Under the pieces are notes generated by a model. It did no database searches, had not been told where the DNA came from, and saw only the letters and a program-made list of their open reading frames with translations. A stretch of 64,000 nt of DNA from Syntrophorhabdaceae bacterium (lineage in GTDB: Bacteria; Desulfobacterota; Syntrophorhabdia; Syntrophorhabdales; Syntrophorhabdaceae). Positions 1 to 10,929 of the stretch are shown here, one piece after another. The DNA is taken from contig CAXXUO010000006.1 in NCBI GenBank assembly GCA_963666485.2, positions 32,001-96,000 on the forward strand, read 5' to 3'. Numbering within the stretch: the stretch's first letter is position 1; every line of letters starts with the position of its first letter. The position numbers were made by a program, and so were the translations under genes.

Positions 1-197
1 CCGCATCGTCGACGGTCAAGGGCACTGAAGGGGAGGGCACATGAGCGTCCCGGCGCCTTCAGGGTGATGATCCCGCCGGCGAAGTATCCGGAGGCGCTGA
101 AACGGCTAATCACAGGACAGGCAAGGATTGCGGGGAACCATAAAACATTGTATAAAGAAAACGTATGAGACTAAAAGGCACGAATGGAGAGACAACT

Positions 198-1487
198 ATG
201 AAGAGATCGGTTTTTCGAATGGTCATTTCTACGCTGGTCTGCACAGCCCTTCTCGTTCTGAGCTTCGGGGGATGTGGGGAGAAGAAGGCGGAAACACCCC
301 CGCCCGTTGAAGTAGTGGCAGTAATCCAACAGGATGTACCGATCTTCGCGGAGTGGGTCGCCACCCTTGACGGTATGGTGAACGCTACCATCCGGGCCCA
401 GGTCCAGGGATACCTTATCAAGCAGAGTTATAAGGAAGGAGACGTGGTCAAGAAGGGCCAGGTCCTCTTCCAGATCGACCCGAGGACCTTCCAGGCGACC
501 CAGGAGCAGGCGAAAGGCGAACTCGGACGGGCGGAGGCCCGCCTGACGCAGACCAAAGCCAATCTGACGCGGATACGGCCGCTCGCGGCCCAAAGGGCCG
601 TCAGCCAGAAGGACCTTGACGATGCAATAGCCGCCGAACAGTCCGCCCAGGCAGCGGTCATGTCGGCGAAGGCGGTGTACGACAAGGCGTCCCTCGACCT
701 CGGCTTCACGCGCATCACATCTCCCATCGACGGTATAGCCGGGATCGCCAAGGCCCAGATAGGAAACCTCGTCGGGCCGGGATCTATCGAGGAACTGACC
801 ACGGTCTCCACCGTGAACCCCATTAAGGCGTATGCCGGTTTGAGCGAACAGGAATATCTGAAGGCACAGGAATCGAGGCAGCAGACGGGAAAGGTCCCCC
901 TGCAGCTCATCCTCGCAGACGGGAGCGTTTTCCCCCACAAGGGGGAGTTTGCCTTCGCAGACAGGCAGGTGGACGTGCGGACCGGGACCATCAGGATTGC
1001 CGCGCTTTTCCCCAACCCGAACAATCTGCTTCGTCCCGGACAGTTCGCCCGCATCAAGGCGCAGATGGGTTTGAAGAAGAACGCCCTCCTCGTGCCTCAG
1101 AGGGCCGTTACCGAGGTCCAGGGGAAATTTCTGGTAGCGGTTGTCGGCACCGATAATAAAGTAGCGATAAAACAGGTCAAGGCTGCAGAGAGGTACGGAT
1201 CGTTATGGGTCATCGATGAAGGCCTGAAAGCCGGCGACAAGGTAGTGGCTGAGGGTGTTCAGAAGATCCGGGACGGTATGATCGTGAGCCCCAAACCCTA
1301 CCAGCCTGAAGCTGAAAAGAAACCCGGGAAGCCGGAGGAAGCGGCGGCAAAAACGGAACCTGCCGTAAAAAGCCCTCCTGTGGAAAAGGCACCGGCAAAG
1401 GCTGAAGGGGAGAAGGCCCCGGGAAAACCGGAGACCGCTCCGAAAAAAGCGGAACCGGCCGGTCAGCCCAAACCTGAAAAGAGGTAG
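198..1487 (+). CDS. RND efflux periplasmic adaptor (membrane fusion protein), lipoprotein with a Pro/Glu/Lys-rich C-terminal tail
   Basis: Lipobox-like LSFGGC; IRAQVQGYL..EGDVVKKGQVLFQID and TRITSPIDG motifs; LRPGQFARI. Start moved to ATG 198 (GGAGA upstream). Confidence 0.93.
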   Translation: MKRSVFRMVISTLVCTALLVLSFGGCGEKKAETPPPVEVVAVIQQDVPIFAEWVATLDGMVNATIRAQVQGYLIKQSYKEGDVVKKGQVLFQIDPRTFQATQEQAKGELGRAEARLTQTKANLTRIRPLAAQRAVSQKDLDDAIAAEQSAQAAVMSAKAVYDKASLDLGFTRITSPIDGIAGIAKAQIGNLVGPGSIEELTTVSTVNPIKAYAGLSEQEYLKAQESRQQTGKVPLQLILADGSVFPHKGEFAFADRQVDVRTGTIRIAALFPNPNNLLRPGQFARIKAQMGLKKNALLVPQRAVTEVQGKFLVAVVGTDNKVAIKQVKAAERYGSLWVIDEGLKAGDKVVAEGVQKIRDGMIVSPKPYQPEAEKKPGKPEEAAAKTEPAVKSPPVEKAPAKAEGEKAPGKPETAPKKAEPAGQPKPEKR

Positions 1488-1493
1488 GGCGCC

Positions 1494-4400
1494 ATGGCTA
1501 AATTCTTCATTAACAGACCAATCGTTGCTATCGTTCTCGCCATCGTCATGGTCATCGTCGGTGTCGTTGCCATGCTTGGCCTCCCCATAGCGCAATACCC
1601 GAACATCGTTCCCCCCGAGATATTCATAAATACATTCTACACGGGCGCCGATGCGCAGACGGTTGAGCAGTCCGTGGCGACGCCGATCGAACAGGAGATG
1701 AGCGGCGTCGACAACATGAACTACATGTACTCGCTCAACGCGAACAACGGCGAATTGAGGATGTACGTCAATTTCGACGTGAAGACGGACCCCAATATAG
1801 ACCAGGTGCTCTCGCAGATGCGCCAGAGCCAGGCGGCTTCGAAGCTCCCCAAAGAGGTGACCAACTACGGGGTCACCGTGAAAAAATCCACCGCCGCCCC
1901 TCTCATGCTGGTCTCCCTGTACTCGCCGAAAGGCACCTACGACGCCATTTTTCTGGCAAACTATGCCTACATCAACCTCAACGACCAGCTCACCCGTGTG
2001 GCCGGCATCGCGAGCGTCACGGTTTTCGGGGCGGGACAATACGCCATGCGCATCTGGGTCAAACCGGACCAGCTTGCGAAGATGAACATCACCGTGTCGG
2101 AGATCGTGAACGCGGTCCAGGACCAGAATACGGTGAACCCGGCGGGTCAGGTCGGTGCGGAGCCGGCGCCGGCGGGCCAGGAATACACGTATGCCATCAA
2201 GGCCCAGGGCCGGCTCGAGACACCGGAGCAATTCGGGCAGATCGTGGTGCGCGCAAATCCCGACGGTTCAATGGTGCGGCTCAAGGACGTAGGAAGGGTA
2301 GAACTCGGAGCGCAGAACTACTCGATGCTGGGAAGGCTCAACGGTAAGCCGTCAGCAGTTCTGGCACTCTACCAGTTGCCGGGAAGCAACGCGATCCAGT
2401 CAGCCGACGGCATCACCAAACTGATGGAGCAGGCGAAGAAATCTTTTCCTCCCGATCTCGACTATAAAATATCCCTCGATACGACCCTCTCGGTTCGCGA
2501 AGGTATTAAGGAGATCCTGAAAACACTCTACGAGGCCATGATCCTCGTCATTATCGTTGTTTTCATTTTCCTCCAGGGCTGGCGGGCAACCCTCATACCG
2601 GCGCTTGCAGTGCCGGTCTCCCTCATCGCCACCTTCGCCATGTTTCCCTTGCTCGGATTCAGCATCAACACTATCGCACTTATGGGAATGGTCCTTGCCA
2701 TCGGCCTCGTTGTCGATGATGCCATCGTCGTCGTCGAAGCGGTGGAACACCACATAGGACAGGGTCTGTCTCCCAAGGAGGCGACCAAGAAGGCCATGGA
2801 AGAGGTTTCCGGTCCCGTCGTCGCGATTGCCTGCGTCCTGTCGGCCGTCTTTCTGCCCACCATCTTCATCCCCGGCATTACGGGCCGTCTTTACCAGCAG
2901 TTTGCGGTCACCATCGCCATATCTGTCCTCATCTCCGCCTTCAATGCGCTGACACTGAGCCCGGCGCTCGCCAGTCTGCTCCTGAAACCGAAGAAAGAGA
3001 CACGGGGGATCCTGGGCAAATTCTACAAATGGTTCAACAGGATTTTTGGAAGGGCCACCGACGGCTATGTCAAGTGGAGCCGTCATTTCATCCGCAAGAT
3101 GGTCATGAGCCTCCTTTTTCTCGTTATAATTACAGCTGCCACGGGCTTTCTCGGCACGCGCCTGCCCGGAGGCTTCCTGCCTGAAGAGGACCAGGGCTAC
3201 ATTTACGCCGGCCTTCAGCTTCCCAATGCGGCATCCCTCCAGAGGACCGATGCCGCGACCAAAGAGGCCGAGAAAATAATCATGAACACGCCCGGCGTGC
3301 AATACTGCACGGCCATCGCCGGCTACAACATGTTAAGCGGCGTCACGAACACGTACAGCAGTTTCTTCTTTATCACCCTCAAGCCGTGGCACGAGCGCAA
3401 GAAGTCGGAGGAGAAGTACGCCGCCATAATGGCCAACCTCAACCGGGAGCTTTCGAAACTGCCCCAGGCGGTCGCGTTTGCATTTTCTCCCCCCGCGATC
3501 CAGGGCATCGGCACCTCGGGCGGTGTCACGATGCTCATCGAGGACCGGGCGGGAAAAGACATCGCTTTTCTCTGGGAGAACACACAGAAATTTATGGCCG
3601 AGGCAAAGAAGCGCCCCGAGCTTGCGCGCGTGACAACGACCTTCCTTCCGACCGTCCCCCAGATGTTCGTCGACGTCGACCGGGACAAGGTCTTGACGCA
3701 AGGGGTCGACCTCAGGGATGTCTATCAGTGCCTCCAGACGTTTATGGGGGGGTACTTTATCAATTACTTCAACCGTTTCGGCCGTCAATGGCAGGTCTAT
3801 CTCCAGGCCGAAGGCGACTACCGCACCGAGGCACAGCAGCTCGGCCAGTTCTACGTGCGCAACACGAAGGGCCAGAGCGTGCCTCTCGCGTCCGTGACGA
3901 AATTTGAGAACCGCGCCGGGCCGGACTTTACCATGCGTTACAACCTTTACAGGTCTGCGCAGGTCAACGTTACCCCGGCCCCGGGGGTCAGCTCCCAGCA
4001 GGCCATGAAGGCCCTCGAGGACATATTCAAAAAAACCATGCCGAGTGAAATGGGATATGACTATATGGGCATGAGCTTCCAGGAGAAGAAGGCCCAGGAA
4101 GGCGTGCCGATATCCGTCATTTTCGGCCTCTCACTCCTTTTCGTTTTCCTGATCCTCGCAGCACAGTACGAAAGCTGGTCGCTTCCCTTCGGCGTGCTTC
4201 TCGGGACGCCGATTGCCGTGTTCGGTGCCTTCGCGGCCATCCTGATCGGGAGGCTGGAATTCAACATCTATGCCCAGATCGGGCTCATCATGCTTATCGG
4301 GCTATCGGCAAAGAACGCGATCCTTATCGTCGAGTTCGCCAAGGTGGAGCATGAGAAGGGCAGGGACCTTATCGATGCGGCCCTTGAAGGTGCGCGCCTG

Positions 4401-4661
4401 CGCTTAAGGCCCATTCTCATGACCTCTTTTGCCTTCATCCTCGGATGTGTTCCCCTGGCGAAGGCCACGGGGTCGGGATCCATAGCGAGGCAGGTCATGG
4501 GCTTTGCCGTCATCGGCGGCATGCTCACGGCGACCTGTATCGCCATATTCATCATTCCCGTTACCTACTACTTCGTGGAAAAGCTGTTCCTGAAAAAAGG
4601 GCCAGCCGCCACCGCGCCGCCACCCGCAGGGCCTGAAGACGCAACGGGAGGTGCCTCATGA
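1494..4661 (+). CDS. HAE1-family RND efflux permease (AcrB/MexB-like)
   Basis: MAKFFINRPI start, LAIGLVVDDAIVVVE, GLSAKNAILIVEFA, RLRPILMTS; 1055 aa. Confidence 0.97.
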   Translation: MAKFFINRPIVAIVLAIVMVIVGVVAMLGLPIAQYPNIVPPEIFINTFYTGADAQTVEQSVATPIEQEMSGVDNMNYMYSLNANNGELRMYVNFDVKTDPNIDQVLSQMRQSQAASKLPKEVTNYGVTVKKSTAAPLMLVSLYSPKGTYDAIFLANYAYINLNDQLTRVAGIASVTVFGAGQYAMRIWVKPDQLAKMNITVSEIVNAVQDQNTVNPAGQVGAEPAPAGQEYTYAIKAQGRLETPEQFGQIVVRANPDGSMVRLKDVGRVELGAQNYSMLGRLNGKPSAVLALYQLPGSNAIQSADGITKLMEQAKKSFPPDLDYKISLDTTLSVREGIKEILKTLYEAMILVIIVVFIFLQGWRATLIPALAVPVSLIATFAMFPLLGFSINTIALMGMVLAIGLVVDDAIVVVEAVEHHIGQGLSPKEATKKAMEEVSGPVVAIACVLSAVFLPTIFIPGITGRLYQQFAVTIAISVLISAFNALTLSPALASLLLKPKKETRGILGKFYKWFNRIFGRATDGYVKWSRHFIRKMVMSLLFLVIITAATGFLGTRLPGGFLPEEDQGYIYAGLQLPNAASLQRTDAATKEAEKIIMNTPGVQYCTAIAGYNMLSGVTNTYSSFFFITLKPWHERKKSEEKYAAIMANLNRELSKLPQAVAFAFSPPAIQGIGTSGGVTMLIEDRAGKDIAFLWENTQKFMAEAKKRPELARVTTTFLPTVPQMFVDVDRDKVLTQGVDLRDVYQCLQTFMGGYFINYFNRFGRQWQVYLQAEGDYRTEAQQLGQFYVRNTKGQSVPLASVTKFENRAGPDFTMRYNLYRSAQVNVTPAPGVSSQQAMKALEDIFKKTMPSEMGYDYMGMSFQEKKAQEGVPISVIFGLSLLFVFLILAAQYESWSLPFGVLLGTPIAVFGAFAAILIGRLEFNIYAQIGLIMLIGLSAKNAILIVEFAKVEHEKGRDLIDAALEGARLRLRPILMTSFAFILGCVPLAKATGSGSIARQVMGFAVIGGMLTATCIAIFIIPVTYYFVEKLFLKKGPAATAPPPAGPEDATGGAS

Positions 4662-6097
4662 GACCCCTGGTCATAGCGATCATATTCCTGTCGCTTCTTT
4701 CCTGTGCCATGGGGCCGGATTACAAGCGGCCGGCCATTGACACCCCCCAGGCGTGGCGTATAGAGGAAAAGGACGCCGCCGCCCTTGCGGACACGAAATG
4801 GTGGACGCAGTTCCGCGATCCCGTTCTCGAAGATCTCATCGAAACAGCCTTGAGAGCGAACTACGATCTCAGGATTGCCGCGGCCAGAATAGAAGAATAT
4901 GTCGGGTACTACTGGGTGGGCCGTTCCACCCTGTTCCCGCAGATATACGGATCCGGCAGCGGCGCCAGGCAGCGTGTGAGCGAACGGGGAGCAACAGTCC
5001 TGCCGGATACGACAAAGAACCCCTCGGACTTTTATCAGGCGGGCCTCAGCGGTTCCTGGGAACTTGATATCTGGGGCCGTCTGCGCCGCCTTACCGAAGC
5101 GGCCAGGGCGGACCTTATAAGCACGGAAGAGGGCAGGAGGTCGATAATCCTGACGCTCGTCACCTCCGTAGCAAACTCTTACGTAAACCTTCGCGACCTC
5201 GACAAACAGCTGGAGGTGACGGAACGCACTACCAGGAGCCGTGCAGAATCATACAGGCTTTTCCAGCTGCGTTTGGAGGGGGGAATAATCTCGGAGCTCG
5301 AACTCTCACAGGTCAAATCGGAGTATGAGCTTGCCCTGTCGCAGATCCCCCTCACCCAGAAGCAGATCACCTTTCAGGAGAATGCCCTGAGCATCCTCCT
5401 CGGAAAGAACCCCGGACCCATCGCCCGCGGCAAGACGATAGACGAACTCACCCTCCCGGCCGTTCCCGCCGGTCTGCCCTCGGACCTTCTCGAACGCCGT
5501 CCCGACATCCGCAAGGCCGAACAGGACCTCATTGCCGCCAATGCGCGCCTTGGTGCGGCAAAGGCGCTCTTTTTCCCCACCATTTCCCTCACCGGGCTTT
5601 TCGGGTGGTCGAGCACGGAACTGTCGTCCCTCTTCTCCGGGCCCTCCCAGATGTGGAGCTACGCGGGGAATTTCATCGGTCCGGTTTTTACGGGTGGTGC
5701 CATCACCGGCAATTACATGGCAGCGGAAGCACGGCAGCAGCAGGCCCTTATCCGGTATCAACAGGTCGTCCAGAACGCTTTCAGGGAAGTGGATGACGCA
5801 CTGGCCGACCAGAAGCGCACCCGGGAGCAGCTGGCCGCACAGAAGCAGCAGGTGGAGACTCTCAAGGACTATGCCCGTATCGCACGGCTGCGTTACGAGG
5901 AAGGGTACACGAGCTACATCGAGGTCCTTGATGCAGAGCGAAGCCTTTTTAACGCCGAGCTCAATTACGCCGCGACACAGGGGGTGCTCTTCCAGGCGCT
6001 GGTCAATCTCTATAAGTCAATGGGGGGAGGATGGGTTGCAGAAGCTGACAGGATGACCATCCCGGCGACAGGGGGTAAACCCGCCGAGAAGGATTGA
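4658..6097 (+). CDS. Outer-membrane efflux lipoprotein (NodT/OprM family)
   Basis: Lipobox LLSC-AMGPDYKRP; SWELDIWGR, PSDLLERRPDI, LYKSMGGGW; ATGA overlap with the permease. Confidence 0.95.
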   Translation: MRPLVIAIIFLSLLSCAMGPDYKRPAIDTPQAWRIEEKDAAALADTKWWTQFRDPVLEDLIETALRANYDLRIAAARIEEYVGYYWVGRSTLFPQIYGSGSGARQRVSERGATVLPDTTKNPSDFYQAGLSGSWELDIWGRLRRLTEAARADLISTEEGRRSIILTLVTSVANSYVNLRDLDKQLEVTERTTRSRAESYRLFQLRLEGGIISELELSQVKSEYELALSQIPLTQKQITFQENALSILLGKNPGPIARGKTIDELTLPAVPAGLPSDLLERRPDIRKAEQDLIAANARLGAAKALFFPTISLTGLFGWSSTELSSLFSGPSQMWSYAGNFIGPVFTGGAITGNYMAAEARQQQALIRYQQVVQNAFREVDDALADQKRTREQLAAQKQQVETLKDYARIARLRYEEGYTSYIEVLDAERSLFNAELNYAATQGVLFQALVNLYKSMGGGWVAEADRMTIPATGGKPAEKD

Positions 6098-6183
6098 CCG
6101 GAAAGTGCTGTGAGAGAATCGAGCTTTAAGGGATCAATATAACCGGGATTCAAAAATAGCAGTGGGACAATGAGGGAAGGCTT

Positions 6184-7263
6184 ATGAAAATAACGCTGAA
6201 GAAGGCTTCTATTTTGTTGATAGCCATGGCGATGCTGATGACAGGGTGTGCCGGGGTCGGGCCGGTCATCATAGGGCGTGACCGGTTGAATTACACGGCA
6301 GCGCTTTCTGAGTCCTGGAAAAGCGAGATGCTTCTCAATATGGTGAAGCTGCGATATGGCGATACTCCCGTCTTTCTCGATGTCGTGTCGGTCATTAATT
6401 CCTACGAGGTTTCCGGGGCCGCCAGCCTGGGAGGGACGTGGAAATTCAACCCCTCTTACGAGTCGGGGGCGAGTGCGGGAACATCCGGGTTCTACGCCGA
6501 CCGCCCGACCATCACGTATGCACCGCTCAGAGGCGAAAGGTTCTCGAGAAGCATGCTGACCCCGATCCCTCCCTCGTCGATCTTCTATTTCATTCAGTCC
6601 GGGTATAACGCCGCGGCGGTCTTCCGGGTCCTCGTCCAATCCATCAATGGCATTCGAAACAACCGTTCCCAGATAACCAGGAGTCTCCCGGCAGACCCGG
6701 ACTTTTACCGTCTCACCGAGAGGCTGGTGAGGGTCCAGGCCTCGGGGGCATATGAGATCCGTATCCGCAAGAATAGCGGCCAGGAGGCCCTCGCCGCGGT
6801 TTTCAGCCAGAAGGTCGACGAAAAGACCCAAAAAGATATCAGGGAGATTCGGGATATGCTGGGCCTCGACCATTCGGCTACTGAGTTCAAAGTGGTGTAC
6901 GGGGCGTTCGCCTCAGGAAACACGGAGATCGCTATCCTCAGCCGTTCGGTCCTGCAGGTGATCATCGGTCTGGCCTCTTACATTGAAGTCCCGGAAGCGC
7001 ACATTGCGGAAAAGCGCGCCTTGCCAGGCCCCGTTGCGGAAGAGGTGGACGGGACCCGGGTGCCCCCTCTCATCCGTATCAGGAGTTCCTCCGTTAGACC
7101 GGTTGATGCATTTGTCGCGATCCCCTATCGTGACCACTGGTTCTGGATCGACGACAAGGATGTGCAATCGAAGGGACTCTTCTCGTTCCTGGAATTCGTG
7201 CTGAACCTCGTCGACACGGGCATAAAAGAAGGGATGCCCGTTGTAACGATTCCCACGCGATAA
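6184..7263 (+). CDS. Hypothetical lipoprotein
   Basis: Signal peptide with lipobox LMTGC, RBS GGAAGG, 359 aa ORF in the operon direction. Confidence 0.8.
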   Translation: MKITLKKASILLIAMAMLMTGCAGVGPVIIGRDRLNYTAALSESWKSEMLLNMVKLRYGDTPVFLDVVSVINSYEVSGAASLGGTWKFNPSYESGASAGTSGFYADRPTITYAPLRGERFSRSMLTPIPPSSIFYFIQSGYNAAAVFRVLVQSINGIRNNRSQITRSLPADPDFYRLTERLVRVQASGAYEIRIRKNSGQEALAAVFSQKVDEKTQKDIREIRDMLGLDHSATEFKVVYGAFASGNTEIAILSRSVLQVIIGLASYIEVPEAHIAEKRALPGPVAEEVDGTRVPPLIRIRSSSVRPVDAFVAIPYRDHWFWIDDKDVQSKGLFSFLEFVLNLVDTGIKEGMPVVTIPTR

Positions 7264-7368
7264 ATGAAGGAGGCCATTCAGCAAGGTTTTGCGGCAAAGG
7301 AACCCTGCAGGGAACGAAAAATGTCTTACATTAGACCAGGGAGAGTTTCGAGAAAGGAGGAAAGGACT

Positions 7369-7752
7369 ATGAAGTACGTACTCATCTGTGTGTTATTGGC
7401 GGCGATGTTCGCCACGCCGGGCCTGGCCCGGGCGGTCACAGCCGAAGATTTTCAGGTAAGGACAACGAAGGACCTCATCGGCCTGTGCACGGTGTCCGCG
7501 AACGACCCCCTGGTAAAGGAATCGATCCACTTCTGCCACGGATTTCTTGTTGGAGCTTACAGCTACTACCTTGCCCAGGTTTCCGGCCCCGATGGGGACC
7601 GCCTGGTTTGTCTCCCGGACCCGTCCCCGACACGAAACGAGGCCGTTAGCATGTTTGTCGAATGGGTTAAGGCGCACCCCCAGTATTTGAATGAACGGCC
7701 GGTAGAAACTGAATTTCGCTTCCTCATGGAAAAATGGCCGTGCAAACCTTAA
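7369..7752 (+). CDS. Exported small Cys-containing protein, Rap1a/Tai immunity-like
   Basis: RBS AGGAGG; signal peptide; pattern L..LC...FCHGFLVG...VCLP...WPC resembles the Rap1a family. Confidence 0.6.
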   Translation: MKYVLICVLLAAMFATPGLARAVTAEDFQVRTTKDLIGLCTVSANDPLVKESIHFCHGFLVGAYSYYLAQVSGPDGDRLVCLPDPSPTRNEAVSMFVEWVKAHPQYLNERPVETEFRFLMEKWPCKP

Positions 7753-7778
7753 CCGACGGGAAAGACAAGGAGGACATC

Positions 7779-8051
7779 ATGGGTAAGATCGCTATAATAT
7801 CAATTTTTGTTGTCACCCTCGTTCTCGGCGGGTGCGCGGGCATGTCTGAGACCCAGCAGCGGACCGCCAGCGGAACGATCATTGGTGCTGCCGGAGGGAC
7901 GATTGTAGGGGCCATCGCGGGCAACGCCGGAATGGGAGCGGCCATTGGTGCCGCTGCAGGTGCCAGCGGGGGCTACCTCTATGGCAAACACAAGGAATCG
8001 GAAAAGGCTGCCTACGAAAAGGGGTACCAGGAAGGAAAACAGGGGAAATGA
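7779..8051 (+). CDS. Glycine-zipper lipoprotein
   Basis: RBS AGGAGG; lipobox LGGC; GAAGGTIVGAIAGNAGMGAAIGAAAGASGG. Confidence 0.85.
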   Translation: MGKIAIISIFVVTLVLGGCAGMSETQQRTASGTIIGAAGGTIVGAIAGNAGMGAAIGAAAGASGGYLYGKHKESEKAAYEKGYQEGKQGK

Positions 8052-8133
8052 CCCTTTGCCGGATGACCGATCGTAAAAGAAGCCGGTGATCGCACGGAAA
8101 GCCGGGTAAACAAGAAGAGGACAGGAGGAACTC

Positions 8134-10911
8134 ATGGCTGTTTTAAAGCAGAATCCCGAGCTGAAACGTCTTGCTGAGTGCGCGGGTGGCACTGAGGAAT
8201 GCAGTACCGGGAAGGTCCCCTGGAAAAAATGGGGTCCCTACCTCTCTGAGAGACAGTGGGGGACGGTACGCGAGGATTACAGCGAAGGGGGAGACGCCTG
8301 GAATTTCTTTACCCATGACCATGCACGTTCGCGCGCCTACCGCTGGGGCGAGGACGGCATCGCCGGCATATCTGACGACAAGCAGCACCTCTGCTTTGCC
8401 CTCGCACTCTGGAACGGGAAAGACGGCATCCTCAAGGAACGGCTCTTCGGGCTCACGAACAGCGAGGCGAACCATGGTGAGGACGTGAAGGAGTATTATT
8501 TTTACCTCGACTCGACCCCCACCCACTCCTATATGAAATATCTCTACAAATATCCCCAGGCAGCATATCCCTACGCCGATCTTGTGGAGACGAACCGGCG
8601 GCGGAGCCGGGAAGAGATGGAGTATGAACTCCTCGATACCGGCATCTTCAACGACGATCGCTACTTTGACATCTTTGTGGAGTACGCCAAGGCCGGACCC
8701 GAAGACATTCTGGTGCGCATCACGGCGGTCAACCGGGGACCTGACGCGGCCGAACTGCACCTTCTGCCGACGCTCTGGTTCCGTAATGACTGGGCGGCGT
8801 GGATTGCCGAATCCAACAGGTCCCCCGAGAAACCGGGCCTTAAGGAGGTCGAGGCGGCGCCCGGCGCGAGGGCGGTCGCGGCAACACATCCGCTGCTGGG
8901 CGAATTCACCCTTTCCTGTGAAGGTGAGGTACCTCTGCTCTTTACCGAGAATGAAACGAATAATGTCCGCCTGTTTCCGGGCTATCCGAACGAAAGCCCT
9001 TACGTGAAAGACGGCATCAACGACTATGTGGTAGAGGGCCGCGAGGGCGCGGTGAACCCGGGCAAACAGGGCACAAAGGCCGCAGCTCACTACAGGCTGA
9101 AAGTCGCACCCGGCGATTCCGCTACCGTAAGGCTGCGCCTTGCCCGTGCGGCCGCCGCCGGCGGCAGGAGGAAGGGAAAAGCTGGCCCGTCCCCTTTCGG
9201 CGGCGATTTTGACAAAACCCTGGCCACCCGGTTGACGGAGGCGGACGAGTTCTATCGCTCCGTGACCCCGCCCTCAGTTTCCCCGGACGCCGCCAGTGTC
9301 ATGCGCCAGGCCATCGCCGGCATGCTATGGAGCAAGCAGTTTTACTTCTTCGACGGTGACAACTGGCTGGACGAGCACAACTCCAACCCCCTCCATTCCG
9401 GATATCACAACGCCCGGAACTCGGATTGGTTCCACATGCTGAACGAGGACATCATCTCCATGCCCGACAAGTGGGAGTATCCCTGGTATGCAGCCTGGGA
9501 CCTGGCCTTTCACACCCTCCCGCTCTCGATCGTCGATCCCGATTTTGCCAAGGAGCAGATGAAGCTGATGCTCAAAGGGGTTTATCTGCACCCCAACGGC
9601 CAGATGCCCGCTTATGAGTGGAACTTCAGCGACGTGAACCCCCCGGTCCATGCCTTCGCGACGCTTTTCCTGCACCGTACCGAAAAGGCGGTGCGCGGTC
9701 AAACGGACCTCGATTTCCTCAGGTCGGCATTCAACAAATTGCTCCTGAACTTCACCTGGTGGGTGAACCGCAAAGACCGGTTCGGCAAGAATGTTTTCGA
9801 GGGAGGCTTTCTCGGTCTCGACAATATCGGCATTTTTGACAGAAGCGCACCACTGCCCACGGGCGGACACCTGGAACAGGCGGACGGCACGGCGTGGATG
9901 GCGCTTTTCAGTCAGAACATGCTCGAACTCGCGGTGGAAATTGCCGCTTACGATCCCGAGTACGAGGACATGGTCGTAAAGTTCGCGGAGCACATCTACT
10001 ATATCGCCCGGGGCATGAACCGGCCCGACGGCATGTGGGATGAAGAGGACGGTTTCTACTATGATCTGCTGCGGCTCCCCGACGGCAGCGCCACACGGCT
10101 CAAGGTGCGCTCCATGGTAGGGCTCCTTCCCCTGTGCGCGGCGACCGTTACCGAAGAATGGCAGCGGAAGCGCCTCCCGCGGGCGATGGTTCAAATACAG
10201 GCCCGCACGCGCCGCATACCTGAACTCCTGGAGACCATGCACCCCACAGGCCCCGGTCACTACGGTGTGTCCGGGCGGGGGATGATCGCCCTGCTCAACC
10301 CGGAGCGGCTCAGAAGGGTCCTCACGAAGATGCTCGACGAGAACGAGTTCCTGGGGCCTTATGGCATCCGCTCGCTCTCGAAGTTCCACGAGCAGCACCC
10401 GTACGTCTTCCATGCGGGCGGCGAGGAGTATCGTGTGAGCTACCTGCCGGCAGAGTCGAACACGGGCATGTTCGGCGGCAACTCCAACTGGCGGGGACCT
10501 GTATGGATGCCCGTGAACGCCATGATCATCAGGGCACTGCTTAACTACTACCTGTACTATGGTGATAATTTCACAATCGAGTGCCCGACCGGTTCAGGCA
10601 GGATGATGAACCTCTTCGAGGTGGCCAGGGAGATCTCAGACAGGCTCACCCGCATCTTCCTGCGCAACGAACAGGGCCGCCGGCCTGTTTACGGGGGTAC
10701 CGATAAGTTCCAGACCGACCCCCACTGGCGCGATCACATACTGTTCTACGAATACTTCCATGGCGACAATGGCGCGGGACTCGGCGCAAGTCATCAAACC
10801 GGCTGGACCGGCCTCGTCGCGAAGTTCATCGAGCTTTTCGGCCTGCTTGACCCCGATTCTTACCTGAAAAAAGGGAAGCGTGTCCTGGACAAGGGCAAGC
10901 AAGAAAACTAA
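8134..10911 (+). CDS. GH63-like glucosidase (mannosylglycerate hydrolase MGH1-like)
   Basis: WGPYLSERQWGTVREDYS, MPDKWEYPWYAAWDLAFH, EYFHGDNGAGLGASHQTGWT. Confidence 0.9.
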   Translation: MAVLKQNPELKRLAECAGGTEECSTGKVPWKKWGPYLSERQWGTVREDYSEGGDAWNFFTHDHARSRAYRWGEDGIAGISDDKQHLCFALALWNGKDGILKERLFGLTNSEANHGEDVKEYYFYLDSTPTHSYMKYLYKYPQAAYPYADLVETNRRRSREEMEYELLDTGIFNDDRYFDIFVEYAKAGPEDILVRITAVNRGPDAAELHLLPTLWFRNDWAAWIAESNRSPEKPGLKEVEAAPGARAVAATHPLLGEFTLSCEGEVPLLFTENETNNVRLFPGYPNESPYVKDGINDYVVEGREGAVNPGKQGTKAAAHYRLKVAPGDSATVRLRLARAAAAGGRRKGKAGPSPFGGDFDKTLATRLTEADEFYRSVTPPSVSPDAASVMRQAIAGMLWSKQFYFFDGDNWLDEHNSNPLHSGYHNARNSDWFHMLNEDIISMPDKWEYPWYAAWDLAFHTLPLSIVDPDFAKEQMKLMLKGVYLHPNGQMPAYEWNFSDVNPPVHAFATLFLHRTEKAVRGQTDLDFLRSAFNKLLLNFTWWVNRKDRFGKNVFEGGFLGLDNIGIFDRSAPLPTGGHLEQADGTAWMALFSQNMLELAVEIAAYDPEYEDMVVKFAEHIYYIARGMNRPDGMWDEEDGFYYDLLRLPDGSATRLKVRSMVGLLPLCAATVTEEWQRKRLPRAMVQIQARTRRIPELLETMHPTGPGHYGVSGRGMIALLNPERLRRVLTKMLDENEFLGPYGIRSLSKFHEQHPYVFHAGGEEYRVSYLPAESNTGMFGGNSNWRGPVWMPVNAMIIRALLNYYLYYGDNFTIECPTGSGRMMNLFEVAREISDRLTRIFLRNEQGRRPVYGGTDKFQTDPHWRDHILFYEYFHGDNGAGLGASHQTGWTGLVAKFIELFGLLDPDSYLKKGKRVLDKGKQEN

Positions 10912-10929
10912 GAACGCAGGGAGGGAACT

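Noticed and set aside
1..170. 3' end of an upstream gene
   Set aside because: One frame is open from the window edge, but it is too short and has no motif to support a call.
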